Below, piece by piece: positions 8,577 to 19,816 of a stretch of DNA of 64,000 nucleotides. Where the stretch lies: IMG/VR virus record IMGVR_UViG_3300008266_000006, positions 1-64,000 of that record. One strand, given 5' to 3'. Below the pieces are notes generated by a model. That model was not told where the DNA came from. It searched no databases and worked only from the letters and a program-made list of their open reading frames with translations. This DNA is from a virus. Within the stretch, counting starts at the first letter, position 1. Each line of letters starts with the position of its first letter. The position numbers were made by a program, and so were the translations under genes.

Positions 8577-11123
8577 ATGCAAATGTCATTTGAGACCTAC
8601 CGTCCAAATGTTCGACTTAAAGCAATGGCCAATGGACCATTGCGTTCTAATAACAATTATCAATTTGGTTTTTATGACATTGGTGTCATGCGTCACGCTC
8701 TTGAGCATTCGGGTGCTTCAGAGTATCGTGTAGCAGCTCTTCCTATCCCAGCAAACGATTTTGATCTTGATGATCTTGAAAAGATTATTTCAAACAAAAA
8801 CGTTCAATATGCCATCGTTGACAAGAATAAAATTGTTGTCACTATTATCGATGGCCAACAAGGCTGGATGAGTGTTCTTAATGACATGGGCTTTAAAGTC
8901 AAAGGTGGTGGCAAAACCGCAAAGCGGATGAAGTCATTTCACCGTGCAACTTTGCTCAATGCTCATTTTGATGATCTCAATATTCAATGGGTAGAGCCAA
9001 CCGATTTTACTCGGTATGATTTTACTGAATCTGCTAGTTGGTCAGACTGGGTTCAGGATGCAATTCCCCGTCTTTTGGACGGTGGTATTGTAATTTCTTC
9101 TCGTCTTGTTCAACAAGCCGTAAAGAATCTTCCTGTATATGAACCACATAATACTCTTGATACTAATGAGTATTATTATGATCCAACTGTTCGTCAACAG
9201 TTAACACAGTATCTGTTAAAGTCCAAAGTATTCAATGGCCGCATTCTTACTTCTGAAGGCGTCTTGAAGGGCAATTTCTTTGTCCGTGACGATCTTCCAG
9301 AGTTCATTGATGTCATCTCCACTCGTGACAACCTTAAGAAGGAAATCACCTATCATGGTGGTTACCGTCTTTTGGCAGAGCCTCAAGGCCCTAAGTCACG
9401 AGTTATTACCGATGACCAGACTGTAATCAACTTGCCAAAGTTGTTTCGTAAGTCTGACATGGAAATGTGGCTTAAAGAAGAATATGATAAGATGTTCCAG
9501 AAAGCAATTGACGGACACCTTATCACCGATTGGAAGTCTGTCTTCATGCGTAACTTCACACGCGATAACCAAGACATGGAAGATATCGAAGCACAGTCTC
9601 GTATCAGCTATGTCGGTTATCGATGGGTGAGCATGGGACTTTCAATTACTCATTCTCCTTGGCTCTTTGAGACTTTGGCTATTTCACACGCTAAACCTCT
9701 TCAAAAGCGTATTCCAATCCCTTGTTCTGTTTATGAGCAAGTCATTCCAGAGTCTTTGGCTCGAATGGCTGGTCATGATATTACAGTTGAAGAAAGTACA
9801 ATCAAGCGAATCAATTCTCTTGGTGTACATGTTGTCAATGACTATGACTGGCTTGAGATGTATGAATCTCATGGCGGTCATGACCAAGACGACTTCTTCA
9901 AGTGTTTCTACCGTACAATGGAAAAAGGTGACCGCTCTGAAAAGGTTGTTATCATTGCCCGTTCACCAAACGGCTATGGTGAGTATTCAGTATTCAACTA
10001 TGTTGAAGGCGAATGGTATCCAACCTGGACTAAAGCTGATGGAGAAGAAGTTTCTTTTCCAGCAGTAAATGGTCGTGGTTGGCCAGAACGTCTTTCCGAG
10101 TCTATTCGTCAACGTAAGGTCAAATATCTTGGCCTTCCCGGAGACACTCGTGAAGACACCACTCGTCCTGAAACTGAAGAATACTCCGTTGCAGATGTCA
10201 TGCATGACGTCAAGATTGCCATGAACGGTGGCAACGTTGGACGATTCGTCAATGCTTCAATGCTCCATTCTATGGTCATTGGCAAGCATAGACCAGTCCA
10301 GCTTTGCTCACTCGAGTCGGCAATTGACGGCTGTACTCAAACCAGTGATCCTGATGATCGTGAAGCCATTGACACAGAAGCACAAGTTATGATCGATGAA
10401 GTGCTTGCTTCTAACAAGCCTATTGATCGTGACTTTTGGTTCGGTCGGTTTCGTGCTCTTGCCCGTAAGCATCCGCAAGTGGAGACTTACGAAGGCAAAA
10501 TCACTCAGCTGAATAGCCTGTGCACCGAATATTATAATCGCTATGTACAGCGTGTTATTCAACATTCACAAGAAAATGTTCGTCCACCAGAAGTTATTCA
10601 CCAACTTGGTCAACGCTTGTATTACCATGCGCTGCCAGTGTTGCGTAACTTCCGTATGAGCATTTTCAATGCGAATGCTGCTGATACCGTTCAAGTGTCT
10701 AATGGCATTAAGCGTAACGAATGGGAATATCTTTACAACAACATTGTTGAAAAGATTGAATCATACGAACGCGTTCAAGATCGTCATGATTTTATCTTGT
10801 CACTCTATTCTGCATCAATCAAAAACCCTACCAGCAATGGTAAGGTTACCGACCAGATCGTGATGAACCGTTTGGTTTATCCGCATCTTGAGGCTGCGTT
10901 GATTCACTATGGTATTGGTAACAAGATCATTATGACATTTGAAGATGGTGAAGTATCGTTGACAGAACGCACCGCAACAACCTGGAGCTATCCAGATGAA
11001 AACGGTGACCTCGTCGAGTTCAACGATGTCTTTGCATATCAAGCATATCATGCTCAGTTCTCTGACATTGTTCATACGACTAGTGCTAAAACCACTGGAC
11101 GTAGAATGAAGGCAGAGTTCTAG
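8577..11123 (+). CDS. putative single-subunit two-barrel RNA polymerase (YonO / cellular RdRP-like)
   Basis: LLDGGIVISSRL, FNGRILTSEGVLKGNF, GGHDQDD and ARSPN motifs; probable start ATG 8583. Confidence 0.6.
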   Translation: MQMSFETYRPNVRLKAMANGPLRSNNNYQFGFYDIGVMRHALEHSGASEYRVAALPIPANDFDLDDLEKIISNKNVQYAIVDKNKIVVTIIDGQQGWMSVLNDMGFKVKGGGKTAKRMKSFHRATLLNAHFDDLNIQWVEPTDFTRYDFTESASWSDWVQDAIPRLLDGGIVISSRLVQQAVKNLPVYEPHNTLDTNEYYYDPTVRQQLTQYLLKSKVFNGRILTSEGVLKGNFFVRDDLPEFIDVISTRDNLKKEITYHGGYRLLAEPQGPKSRVITDDQTVINLPKLFRKSDMEMWLKEEYDKMFQKAIDGHLITDWKSVFMRNFTRDNQDMEDIEAQSRISYVGYRWVSMGLSITHSPWLFETLAISHAKPLQKRIPIPCSVYEQVIPESLARMAGHDITVEESTIKRINSLGVHVVNDYDWLEMYESHGGHDQDDFFKCFYRTMEKGDRSEKVVIIARSPNGYGEYSVFNYVEGEWYPTWTKADGEEVSFPAVNGRGWPERLSESIRQRKVKYLGLPGDTREDTTRPETEEYSVADVMHDVKIAMNGGNVGRFVNASMLHSMVIGKHRPVQLCSLESAIDGCTQTSDPDDREAIDTEAQVMIDEVLASNKPIDRDFWFGRFRALARKHPQVETYEGKITQLNSLCTEYYNRYVQRVIQHSQENVRPPEVIHQLGQRLYYHALPVLRNFRMSIFNANAADTVQVSNGIKRNEWEYLYNNIVEKIESYERVQDRHDFILSLYSASIKNPTSNGKVTDQIVMNRLVYPHLEAALIHYGIGNKIIMTFEDGEVSLTERTATTWSYPDENGDLVEFNDVFAYQAYHAQFSDIVHTTSAKTTGRRMKAEF

Positions 11124-11135
11124 TAGATGCAAATT

Positions 11136-11181
11136 AAGGGGGACTAGCCAGTTGTCAACTACTGGTTAGTCCCCCTTTTTT
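11136..11181 (+). terminator. intrinsic terminator
   Basis: AAGGGGGACTAGCCAGT/ACTGGTTAGTCCCCCTT followed by a T-run. Confidence 0.85.
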
Positions 11182-11204
11182 ATACTTCCTCCCAAAGGCA
11201 GAAC

Positions 11205-11573
11205 ATGGAAACTATTACAGCAGATACCATTTATCAAAATATTAATTTTGTAGTTCAGAATGTAGACAAGATTTATAAAGAAACACATACACGTGGCGAG
11301 TATGTAACTTACAAACTTGCTCAAAAGACTTCTCGATTCTTTAAATTTATGCGTAGTCCACAAATTAAAGTATTAAGTCTTTTAGTGTTTTGGGCTTTCT
11401 TTGTCACATCTTGGTTACTTGCATCATTCGCAATTGGCACACTTGCTGCTTTTATTGTCTTTGGTGTAATGATAGCTCTTTATACCAATGCAACTATGGA
11501 AGCCGTTTCTTCTATAATCAGAAATACGATGTTTAACTACTATTCAGGATTACTTGGGAATGTCAAATACTAA
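11205..11573 (+). CDS. membrane protein
   Basis: long hydrophobic segment. Confidence 0.65.
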   Translation: METITADTIYQNINFVVQNVDKIYKETHTRGEYVTYKLAQKTSRFFKFMRSPQIKVLSLLVFWAFFVTSWLLASFAIGTLAAFIVFGVMIALYTNATMEAVSSIIRNTMFNYYSGLLGNVKY

Positions 11574-12243
11574 AGATCAATCTGCTATTAAATTCACAGG
11601 CCAAGATGATTACAACGAACTATGTTCTCATATTCATCCAGATGCCTATGGTGAATTTCAAAAGCTATCCAACTTATTTTCTTCTATTGTTTCTAAAGAG
11701 GGTCCAGACTCTTTTAGCAATACAATGGTAGTTTATAACTCAATGAAGAAACTTGTTGGTGTATTGGCTTGCAGATCAGCAGAAGATAAAAATGATCTTT
11801 ATAAAGCTTTAGCTCAAATGCTATACTTTCCAAGATCTATTAATTCTGAATTGTTTATTATTGCTCAAGATTCAAGAGTTAGACTTTTTAGTAAAGATGA
11901 TCAACAAGAACAATCTGTTTCAGATGCTCTTGTTGTAACTTACGTCACTCCTAGAGACTGTATTATATTTACAGTTCCATATACTATTTTTCAAGATAAC
12001 ACAGTAAACTTTTTGTTTGATGACTCTTGGATTTCCTGTGTTCATGAAGATACACTTACTCCAACAAAAGGCCCTGCTGGAGATATGTTAGAATTATTTT
12101 ATACATTTTCACATGCTTCAACCAGTGGTCCTTTGTCCCCTCATGAAGTATTAGCTTTTCTCAAAGCCAATGATTTTAACTTTGAGATTATAAATCCCAA
12201 CAACATGAACAGTAATCACATAGCACTACCAATTGCTATGTGA
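11560..12243 (+). CDS. hypothetical protein
   Basis: long ORF overlapping the upstream stop. Confidence 0.7.
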   Translation: MSNTKDQSAIKFTGQDDYNELCSHIHPDAYGEFQKLSNLFSSIVSKEGPDSFSNTMVVYNSMKKLVGVLACRSAEDKNDLYKALAQMLYFPRSINSELFIIAQDSRVRLFSKDDQQEQSVSDALVVTYVTPRDCIIFTVPYTIFQDNTVNFLFDDSWISCVHEDTLTPTKGPAGDMLELFYTFSHASTSGPLSPHEVLAFLKANDFNFEIINPNNMNSNHIALPIAM

Positions 12244-12474
12244 TATCTTACCCCTATGATAACACTAGAAAAACCTATACTAAACAATAAAATACAAACA
12301 GATGATGCTCTCATTTGCTGGTATGAATCAGATACCCGTATTTGTGGGCATTTGATTGAATTTGATTATTCTGCTAAAATAGAATCAAAAATGGAATTAG
12401 AACCATTCTATGGTGATATAGATCTATTTGGATTCTAAGGCAAACGTTTTTTACAAAGGCAAGAGAGAATCTTT

Positions 12475-14154
12475 ATGACTATAACATTACGCCCCTACCA
12501 ACAAGAGGCGTTAGATTCTATTGTTGCCAGTGAAAACAATGGTGTTTCTAAACAACTTGTAGTTTTACCAACTGGAGCTGGTAAGACTATTTTATTTTCA
12601 CATCTACCTTTAATCAGAAAAAATACTTTGCCCATGTTAGTTCTAGCTCATCGAGGAGAACTACTTGATCAAGCCCGTAATAAAATTATTGCTAGCAATC
12701 CTCATTTAACCGTAGAGATAGAGCAAGCAGAAAGACGAGCTGGTAAGGTAGACGTAGTTGTAGCATCTGTTGCTACACTAGGTCGAAACAATACTCCACG
12801 TATTTTAGAATATCCTCAAGATTATTTTAAATCAATTGTTATTGATGAAGCTCACCATGCTGCTGCAACGACATACCGTCGTATTGTAGATTATTTCAAT
12901 TCACCATTTTTATTAGGTGTTACTGCAACGCCTCAGCGTTCAGATAACACTAGATTAACAGATGTCTTTGAAGAGATTGTTTATTATAAATCTATTCAAG
13001 ATTTAATTGAAGATGGATATTTATGTCCACTTATAGGATACAGAGTTAAAACTAATACTGACATTACGGAAGTAGAGATTCAAAATGGAGACTATAACCA
13101 GTCGCAACTGGAAGATCACATTAATACTCCTGAGCGTAACGCTTATATTGTTGCCAGTTATAATAATCTGGCAGCTTCTACGAAAGCCATTGTTTTCGCT
13201 GCAGGAGTCGCCCACGCAAAAGACTTGGCCACATCCTTTGCGCAAAACGGGACCTCTGTACGAGTAATCGTAGGCACAACCCCTGCTGAAGAAAGATCTC
13301 AAATACTCAGAGATTTTTCTTCAGGTGCCGTTAAAGTCTTAGTCAATGTTGGTGTCCTAACAGAAGGATTTGATGAACCTTCTTTAGAAACTATTATCAT
13401 TGCTAAGCCTACTCGTTCAACTCTTTTGTATACGCAAATAGTTGGTCGAGGTACCCGTTTATATGATGGTAAACCACATTGTACTATCATTGATATTTCA
13501 GACACAACTAAAGGTAAGAAGCCTATTGGCCTTCCATCTTTACTTGGTCTTCCACCTGACTTTGATTTACAAGGTAAGTCTCTTACTGAAGTAGCCAAAG
13601 AGTTTCAAGAACTTGAAACGTATTGCCCAGGTGAAGCAGTTCGTGTTCTTAATCCAGATGATATTCAACTTGCTTATGCAAGAATAAATCTGTTTATGCC
13701 ACCACCTCCAAACCCAATTGTTCAACAATATTCTAAACTTGTTTGGGCTGAGGTTGGCGAAAATAGTTTTCATCTTGGTTTAAATAACAATGAGGCTATG
13801 AGCATACACCAAGATGCTCTTGGTAGATGGTCAGTTGCTCTTCATGATAAACATTCTAAGACTGCTAAAGTGTTAGGCCATGTACTTGATCTCAGAGAAG
13901 CTTTTGTTAGATCAGATAGATGGATTCAAAATAATAGAGCACAATCTATGAACTTGATTGAATCTGATGCTCCTTGGAGAGCTGATTCTCCTACTGATTC
14001 ACAGAAGCGTGTTCTCAAGCGCATGGGCGTTCCACTCACAGCAGATCTTACTAAAGGTATGGCTTCTCAACTTATCTCAAGATATTATGAGAATAATCCT
14101 AAACCTAAATGGTTACAAAACAAAATTGATTATAATAAGAATAGGTATAGATAA
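12475..14154 (+). CDS. SF2 DEAH-box helicase (RadD/Irc3-like)
   Basis: LRPYQ, PTGAGKT, DEAH, TAT, LTEGFD, QIVGRGTR. Confidence 0.92.
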   Translation: MTITLRPYQQEALDSIVASENNGVSKQLVVLPTGAGKTILFSHLPLIRKNTLPMLVLAHRGELLDQARNKIIASNPHLTVEIEQAERRAGKVDVVVASVATLGRNNTPRILEYPQDYFKSIVIDEAHHAAATTYRRIVDYFNSPFLLGVTATPQRSDNTRLTDVFEEIVYYKSIQDLIEDGYLCPLIGYRVKTNTDITEVEIQNGDYNQSQLEDHINTPERNAYIVASYNNLAASTKAIVFAAGVAHAKDLATSFAQNGTSVRVIVGTTPAEERSQILRDFSSGAVKVLVNVGVLTEGFDEPSLETIIIAKPTRSTLLYTQIVGRGTRLYDGKPHCTIIDISDTTKGKKPIGLPSLLGLPPDFDLQGKSLTEVAKEFQELETYCPGEAVRVLNPDDIQLAYARINLFMPPPPNPIVQQYSKLVWAEVGENSFHLGLNNNEAMSIHQDALGRWSVALHDKHSKTAKVLGHVLDLREAFVRSDRWIQNNRAQSMNLIESDAPWRADSPTDSQKRVLKRMGVPLTADLTKGMASQLISRYYENNPKPKWLQNKIDYNKNRYR

Positions 14155-14156
14155 AC

Positions 14157-14615
14157 ATGTCTAGATTCTATTCTCGTTTTGTTGTTGATCCATATTTGGA
14201 TTACAATACAATTGATTATGTTGATGTATCTAAAAATGATATTTCTTTTTTAGCTGTAGCTACTAAACTTGCTGCAACATCTGACAACAGATTTCGTGTT
14301 GGAGCACTAGTCGTAAAATCTGGAAGAGTGTTTGGTGGTAGTGCTAATATTACTAAACGCTCACCAAGTACTCCTCCAAATAGATTTTCAACTCATGCAG
14401 AGATTGCAGCTTTAAAGGTAGCTTCAGAAACAGAAGACTCTACTTTGTATATTTCAAGGTTAAGTTCTTTAAACCTTCCAGCTTTAGCTAAACCATGCTC
14501 ATGGTGTATCCAGAAGATACTTGAAGCTGGAGTCAAACGTGTTGTCTATACTGTTGATAAAAACACATCTAAATATTTTTATACTTCCACTTTAAATTGG
14601 AGCAATTATGCGTAA
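14157..14615 (+). CDS. cytidine/dCMP deaminase-family protein
   Basis: THAE and PCSWC zinc motifs. Confidence 0.85.
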   Translation: MSRFYSRFVVDPYLDYNTIDYVDVSKNDISFLAVATKLAATSDNRFRVGALVVKSGRVFGGSANITKRSPSTPPNRFSTHAEIAALKVASETEDSTLYISRLSSLNLPALAKPCSWCIQKILEAGVKRVVYTVDKNTSKYFYTSTLNWSNYA

Positions 14616-16068
14616 AAAATACCTAGCTATTATTGCGGTTAGTGCAATAGTTTTTTCTTTAATTTCGTACAAAGAAGTTTCTGCACGGTCTTCAACTTAC
14701 AATGATGTGGCTGCTGCTACAACTCCAGTAAAGTTTAGATTTACTTTAGATAAATCAGTCCCATACATTGGTGCAACAAAAGCCTATAACTTAGGCTATA
14801 CTGGCGCAGATCAGTATGTTGTTGTTATTGATACCGGTATAGAAACTGCACATCCATTTTTGCAAGGCAAGGTTGCTTTAGAAGCTTGCTTTGCTGATAA
14901 ATGCCCTAATGGTCAGACTTCAATGATTGGTCCAGGAGCTGCTCGTCCAGTCCACTGGCACGGCACTCACGTAGCAGGTATTGTTGCTGGAAGCAATTCT
15001 AACATGCGCGGAGTTGCTCCAGGTGCTAAGATCATTGCTGTAAACGTATTTGATGTTTACGGTGCTGCTTATGACGACGATATTATCAAGGCTTTAAATT
15101 GGGTTAATACAATATCTTCCCAATATAATATTGTTGCTGTCAACATGTCACTTGGTTCCAGTCAAGTTTTTAGAACTACATGTGATGGATATATTCCAGC
15201 AATGACAGATGCGATTAAAGCTCTTCGTGATAAAAAGATTGCTACAGTAATTTCATCAGGCAACTCATATGCTGTAGGCATGAGTGCTCCTGCATGCATT
15301 ACTTATTCTGTTTCTGTTGCAGCTACAATGTCTACCTCTGATACAGTAACAAACTTTTCAAATATCAGTGAATATACTACTCTTGCTGCTCCTGGAAATA
15401 TGATTAACTCATCATCTTTGATGGGTGCATATCGATATGCTTCAGGCACATCTATGGCTTCACCTCATGTGGCTGGAGCATTTGCAGTCTATACTTCAAA
15501 GTATGGAAAACAAGATGTTTCTAAAGTTATTTCTGATTTTGCAATGAACGCTCCAAAAGCTGTTGACTCTTATAGCGGCATTAAAATACCACGCTTATAT
15601 TTTGATGCTTTATTTAGTGACGGTACTCCAGTTGTTACTACAACAACTACTGTCCCTGTTGTCACTACCACTACACTTCCTGTAACTACTACAACAGTTG
15701 TTTCTCCAACTACAACTGTTCCAGTGACTACTACTGTTCCTAGTCCTACTACTACTTTACCAAAACCTCCTTTTCACCCTACAATGACAAAACCATTACT
15801 TTTGGATATGTATGGTGGCTTTAAAACTTTTGTCTATGTAAAATATCGAGTCCCCGTTGTTGGAAGAAACATTGTTTCTTATTACAATTTATATTGTGAT
15901 GGAAACAATAAATATGTAATTCCACATCAAACTCGATGGACAATTGATACCTATAAATTGGAAGTTCCAGCTTCTCAAATTAACTACTGTTACTTGACAG
16001 CTGTTTCAATTTATGGACAAGAATCATCTCCATCATCCTTTTCCTATATCTATCCTAGAAACAAGTGA
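14608..16068 (+). CDS. secreted S8 subtilisin-like protease with Thr/Pro linker
   Basis: signal peptide; IDTG, HGTHVAG, GTSMASPHVAG catalytic triad. Confidence 0.93.
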   Translation: MRKKYLAIIAVSAIVFSLISYKEVSARSSTYNDVAAATTPVKFRFTLDKSVPYIGATKAYNLGYTGADQYVVVIDTGIETAHPFLQGKVALEACFADKCPNGQTSMIGPGAARPVHWHGTHVAGIVAGSNSNMRGVAPGAKIIAVNVFDVYGAAYDDDIIKALNWVNTISSQYNIVAVNMSLGSSQVFRTTCDGYIPAMTDAIKALRDKKIATVISSGNSYAVGMSAPACITYSVSVAATMSTSDTVTNFSNISEYTTLAAPGNMINSSSLMGAYRYASGTSMASPHVAGAFAVYTSKYGKQDVSKVISDFAMNAPKAVDSYSGIKIPRLYFDALFSDGTPVVTTTTTVPVVTTTTLPVTTTTVVSPTTTVPVTTTVPSPTTTLPKPPFHPTMTKPLLLDMYGGFKTFVYVKYRVPVVGRNIVSYYNLYCDGNNKYVIPHQTRWTIDTYKLEVPASQINYCYLTAVSIYGQESSPSSFSYIYPRNK

Positions 16069-16826
16069 TCTATTGTATTCTTCAACTTTAATTCAACAAA
16101 AATGTAGAGCCATACATATTCCAATGTATGATCCTCCATCTGTTTTGCAAGATGATATTCATGATATGAAGCGCTATATATTTTATGGCGCTCAAACTTA
16201 TATCAAAAGTTTTGACAATGAGCATTCATTTATATTATCTGCTAACTATGCTTCTGATTATTCAGAAGTAAATTTTTTTGCTACAACTTTAGTTAGAGCA
16301 TTATATCCTACAATATCAAATGGCTCCCTTACTATATACGGGCCAGCCCTTGTTGTCGGCATGGATGAAGACACAAATTATACTTCTGTGTCCTATCATC
16401 TATTAGACGCAACAGTTAATTTGATGAGTAGGTTTAAATATGAAATTTGATTTTAATCATTCAAGATTTCAAAAATCTTTAAAATGTAAAGATTGTTTTA
16501 CATATTCTGACAAAGTGTATCATTCTGTACGTTATGATGTTAATCTTTGTGTGACTTGTTTAATGCTTCGCATAAAAGAAGATATCAAAGAAGATTAATT
16601 CAAAGTATTGGGCTTTTGCCCAACTTATATTAAGGAGTAATATATGTCTATTGCATTTATGCTAACACCAGAAAACTTAGAACAACTTAAATATATATCA
16701 TTTATTATTAGAGAAAATGGCGATGGTTCTGAAGAAATGCAGACCGCTTTAAGACTTGTACAAAACGCTCTTGATGTTTTGGACGGGTCTTATAACAACG
16801 TTGCTTTTGCAACTGACTGACAATTT

Positions 16827-16912
16827 GCCCAGGTGGCGGAATTGGTAGACGCAAGGGGCTTAAAACCCCTCGGTTAGAAATAACCGTACGGGTTCGATTC
16901 CCGTCTTGGGCA
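16827..16912 (+). tRNA. tRNA-Leu(TAA)
   Basis: AGGGG-CT-TAA-AA-CCCCT anticodon arm, long variable arm, GGTTCGATTCC. Confidence 0.92.
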
Positions 16913-17049
16913 CAACTCATTACTATAGACACCATGCTTTCATTTCTATTAACAATTATCCTATCATTATCCATTATATTTATCCTTCCAATTATCATGC
17001 TATATTATATAGATAAGATAGTTGAAAAAGATAAATATACAACTAACTT

Positions 17050-17321
17050 GTACAAACAAGGAGATAACAATGAACAACCTTCAAGTCTTCCGTAAGCCTA
17101 AAGCTTCAGAAGTTAACAAAGTTAAAACTGCATTTGCTCAAGCAATATATGATAAAAGAACTGCTGCAGGTATCTCTCAGCAGACTTTAGCTGATATTGC
17201 TGGCATTGACCGTAAGACAATTAATAGAATTGAGAATGGACACTTTTCTCCTAATCTTGATACTATCACTAGACTTGCTATTGTTTTGAAACTTGAAACA
17301 AATAAATATTTTAAAGTTTGA
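17050..17321 (+). CDS. XRE-family HTH regulator
   Basis: SQQTLADIAGIDRKTINRIENG; AGGAG RBS. Confidence 0.88.
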
Positions 17322-17332
17322 TCTTTAAACAG

Positions 17333-17405
17333 TGGTGAGTAGCTCAGTTGGCAGAGCAAGGGACTGTTAATCCCTGGGTCGCAGGTTCGAGCCCTGCCTC
17401 ACCAG
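17333..17405 (+). tRNA. tRNA-Asn(GTT)
   Basis: cloverleaf, AGGGA-CT-GTT-AA-TCCCT. Confidence 0.93.
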
Positions 17406-17728
17406 CTATGACAAAACAAATAACAGACCTTATTGATAATGCCATCAAAAACATTTCTGGAAGACAACTTGTTTCTTCTGCAGAAATGACTGATCTTTTA
17501 TTAGACATTCGTCTACACATTATGATACAAGAAGAACTTTCACTAAAGCCTGAAACAGTATGATTGATTTTTTAAAATCTATATTCTTTCCAGGTCCATT
17601 TGATTACGACTTTAGGCCAGTACTCATTGTTTTAATCGTTATGATATCTTCTATAACTTATGCCATTAAACATAATTGGCAAGATGTTAAAGATGATTTT
17701 GATAGTGATTGGGAATAATTCTTTCTGA

Positions 17729-17801
17729 GCGCCTTTAGCTCAGTCGGTAGAGCACCGGACTTTTAATCCGTTGGTCCTGGGTTCGAGCCCCAGAGGGCGC
17801 A
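17729..17801 (+). tRNA. tRNA-Lys(TTT)
   Basis: cloverleaf, CGGA-CT-TTT-AA-TCCG. Confidence 0.93.
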
Positions 17802-17867
17802 CAAGTGTTAGAAATAATAACATACAGTGATATGTCTTTCTAATACAGTTCTTAACAAAGGAAAAAT

Positions 17868-18617
17868 ATGAAAACTAAATCTATTTTAGCTTCTAGTATA
17901 TTTATAATTTCTTCATTCTTTTCTACTGCAGTTTATGCAGAAGAAGCTACTCCAGCACAAGAGCCACAAGTATTATATTTTTATGATACTGAACTTGGCA
18001 CTGAGTCTTATGAACTTTTAATTACTTACTCCAATGGTGGACATTCTACTATTGGACAAGCATTAAAAGATGCTGGTGTAGCTGAAGAAGCTCCAGGTAT
18101 TGGATTTGGTGTAGGATCTGGTGGCAATGGTTACCGTCCAAATATTGCCATCTATATTTGGACTAATCAAACTTTAGATCTTACTGCTGCTCGGTCAGCA
18201 ATTAAGTCTTTTGTAAACGTTCCTGTTAATCCAGAAACAACTAATGGAGACTGTGCTATTTCTTGTGATGGTACATATCAAGAAGAAGAACCAGTCGAAT
18301 CAACTACAACTACTGTTGTTTCTACTACAACCATAGTTGTTATTCAGGAACCTCAATCAGATCCAGAACCAGCTTCTTCTCCAGAACCCGTAGTTGTTCC
18401 CACAACAACTACTACCACCACTACTCTTCCTGTAGTTGAAAACTATAACAGTGACACTGAGATTTCTCCTACACCTTTTTATATTACCGCACAACCTTCA
18501 ACCGGCGTTAAAACAATATCATCTTTACCAAAGAAAACAATTGTTAAAAAACCCATTATTAAAAAGAAGGTTGTAATCAAAAAGGTTCCAGCAAAAGTTC
18601 AGTCCAAACTAAAGTAG
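17868..18617 (+). CDS. secreted protein with Thr/Pro-rich and Lys-rich C-terminus
   Basis: signal peptide AVYA, poly-T tracts, KKxxKK tail. Confidence 0.75.
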   Translation: MKTKSILASSIFIISSFFSTAVYAEEATPAQEPQVLYFYDTELGTESYELLITYSNGGHSTIGQALKDAGVAEEAPGIGFGVGSGGNGYRPNIAIYIWTNQTLDLTAARSAIKSFVNVPVNPETTNGDCAISCDGTYQEEEPVESTTTTVVSTTTIVVIQEPQSDPEPASSPEPVVVPTTTTTTTTLPVVENYNSDTEISPTPFYITAQPSTGVKTISSLPKKTIVKKPIIKKKVVIKKVPAKVQSKLK

Positions 18618-18625
18618 GAGTTAAC

Positions 18626-18964
18626 ATGCCACCACATGGTCAAAAACAAAAGCGTACAGAAGACAAACGTTCTTCTGATGAGATTGCAATAGAGTCAGCT
18701 AAAAACTCTATTTATAATGTATGTACTCCAATGTACAAAGCAGAGCATATTCGTATGCGCAATCCAATCACCGCTTTAGATAAAGTTTATTCTGTTAAAG
18801 ATCCAGCTTTCTTTGAAGCTTTTTATGAACTTGCAAATATGGGTCTTGAAGAAAAACTTATGTCTGAAATTGAATATTTTGCTGCTTCTATTGATCCTGA
18901 TTGGCAATCTGTTTATTCAACACTTTCAGGATATATTAAAGCAAAGAAAACTGCAACTGAATAA
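18626..18964 (+). CDS. hypothetical protein
   Basis: AGGAG RBS. Confidence 0.7.
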   Translation: MPPHGQKQKRTEDKRSSDEIAIESAKNSIYNVCTPMYKAEHIRMRNPITALDKVYSVKDPAFFEAFYELANMGLEEKLMSEIEYFAASIDPDWQSVYSTLSGYIKAKKTATE

Positions 18965-18972
18965 ATCTATTT

Positions 18973-19305
18973 ATGAACACAAAGCAAATTAAACCAGGTA
19001 GTTCAACTTTGTTAATTTTAAATTATCTTGGCATGCGCAAGAGAAATAAAACTGAGTGGACTACTGATCTTCAAATAGCTCAATTTTTTCCACACAAGTT
19101 TCAACGTCGTAGTTCAAAAGCTGCAGATGTTCGTACTGCTATAAAGTATTTACTTAGCGCTGATTATGTTGTAGCCAAAGAAGTTGATGAAGTAACTTAC
19201 TACTCCATCACTCCTTTGGGTATGAACATACCTTTTCAAGTTGCTCATAGACTAGCTAATAGTCCTACTTATCAGTCTAGATTAAAGAATGAAGATTATA
19301 ATTAA
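18973..19305 (+). CDS. putative winged-helix protein
   Basis: AIKYLLSADYV...YYSITPLG wing signature. Confidence 0.55.
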   Translation: MNTKQIKPGSSTLLILNYLGMRKRNKTEWTTDLQIAQFFPHKFQRRSSKAADVRTAIKYLLSADYVVAKEVDEVTYYSITPLGMNIPFQVAHRLANSPTYQSRLKNEDYN

Positions 19306-19555
19306 TTAAACTTGTGTTGTTCTTTAATTACATCCCAATACATTCTTCCAACACGATCTTCGTATCTTTTTGGTGTATTGTCGTATTCGTAATTATTAAC
19401 TGCATTCATAATGAATTTATGAAATGTTATTCCAATTGTGCTTAATATTAAAAGTGTTATTATCATGTTAGATATAGTATCACTATATCACTAATAAAGA
19501 ACACTTAATATATAACTATCTCTAAATTAGATACCACCTATCAAGAAGGTAAATA

Positions 19556-19801
19556 ATGCCATATATTCAACAATCACGACGTGAAGAAATCACTGATTCT
19601 TCACTAGTTGAAACAGCTGGTGAATTAAACTGGCTACTTACAATTCTTATTAATGATTATATTAATAAACATGGGAAGTCTTACCAAACACTTAATGAAG
19701 TAGTTGGTGTACTCGAGTGTGCTAAACTAGAACTTTATCGCAGAGTTGTATCTCCTTATGAGGAAACTAAGATGCAACAACACGGTGACGTTTACAAGTA
19801 A
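19556..19801 (+). CDS. conserved phage protein
   Basis: MPYI...GELN...GVLECAKLELYRR...YE...GDVY pattern. Confidence 0.7.
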   Translation: MPYIQQSRREEITDSSLVETAGELNWLLTILINDYINKHGKSYQTLNEVVGVLECAKLELYRRVVSPYEETKMQQHGDVYK

Positions 19802-19816
19802 AATTAAGGAACCAAA

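Noticed and set aside
8413-8607. 64-aa minus-strand ORF
   Set aside because: Antisense to the repeat array and RNAP start; no RBS or motif
16708-16998. Minus-strand ORF, and N-terminal extensions of ORFs 17348, 20493 and 22199
   Set aside because: They overlap tRNA genes; spurious or started too early
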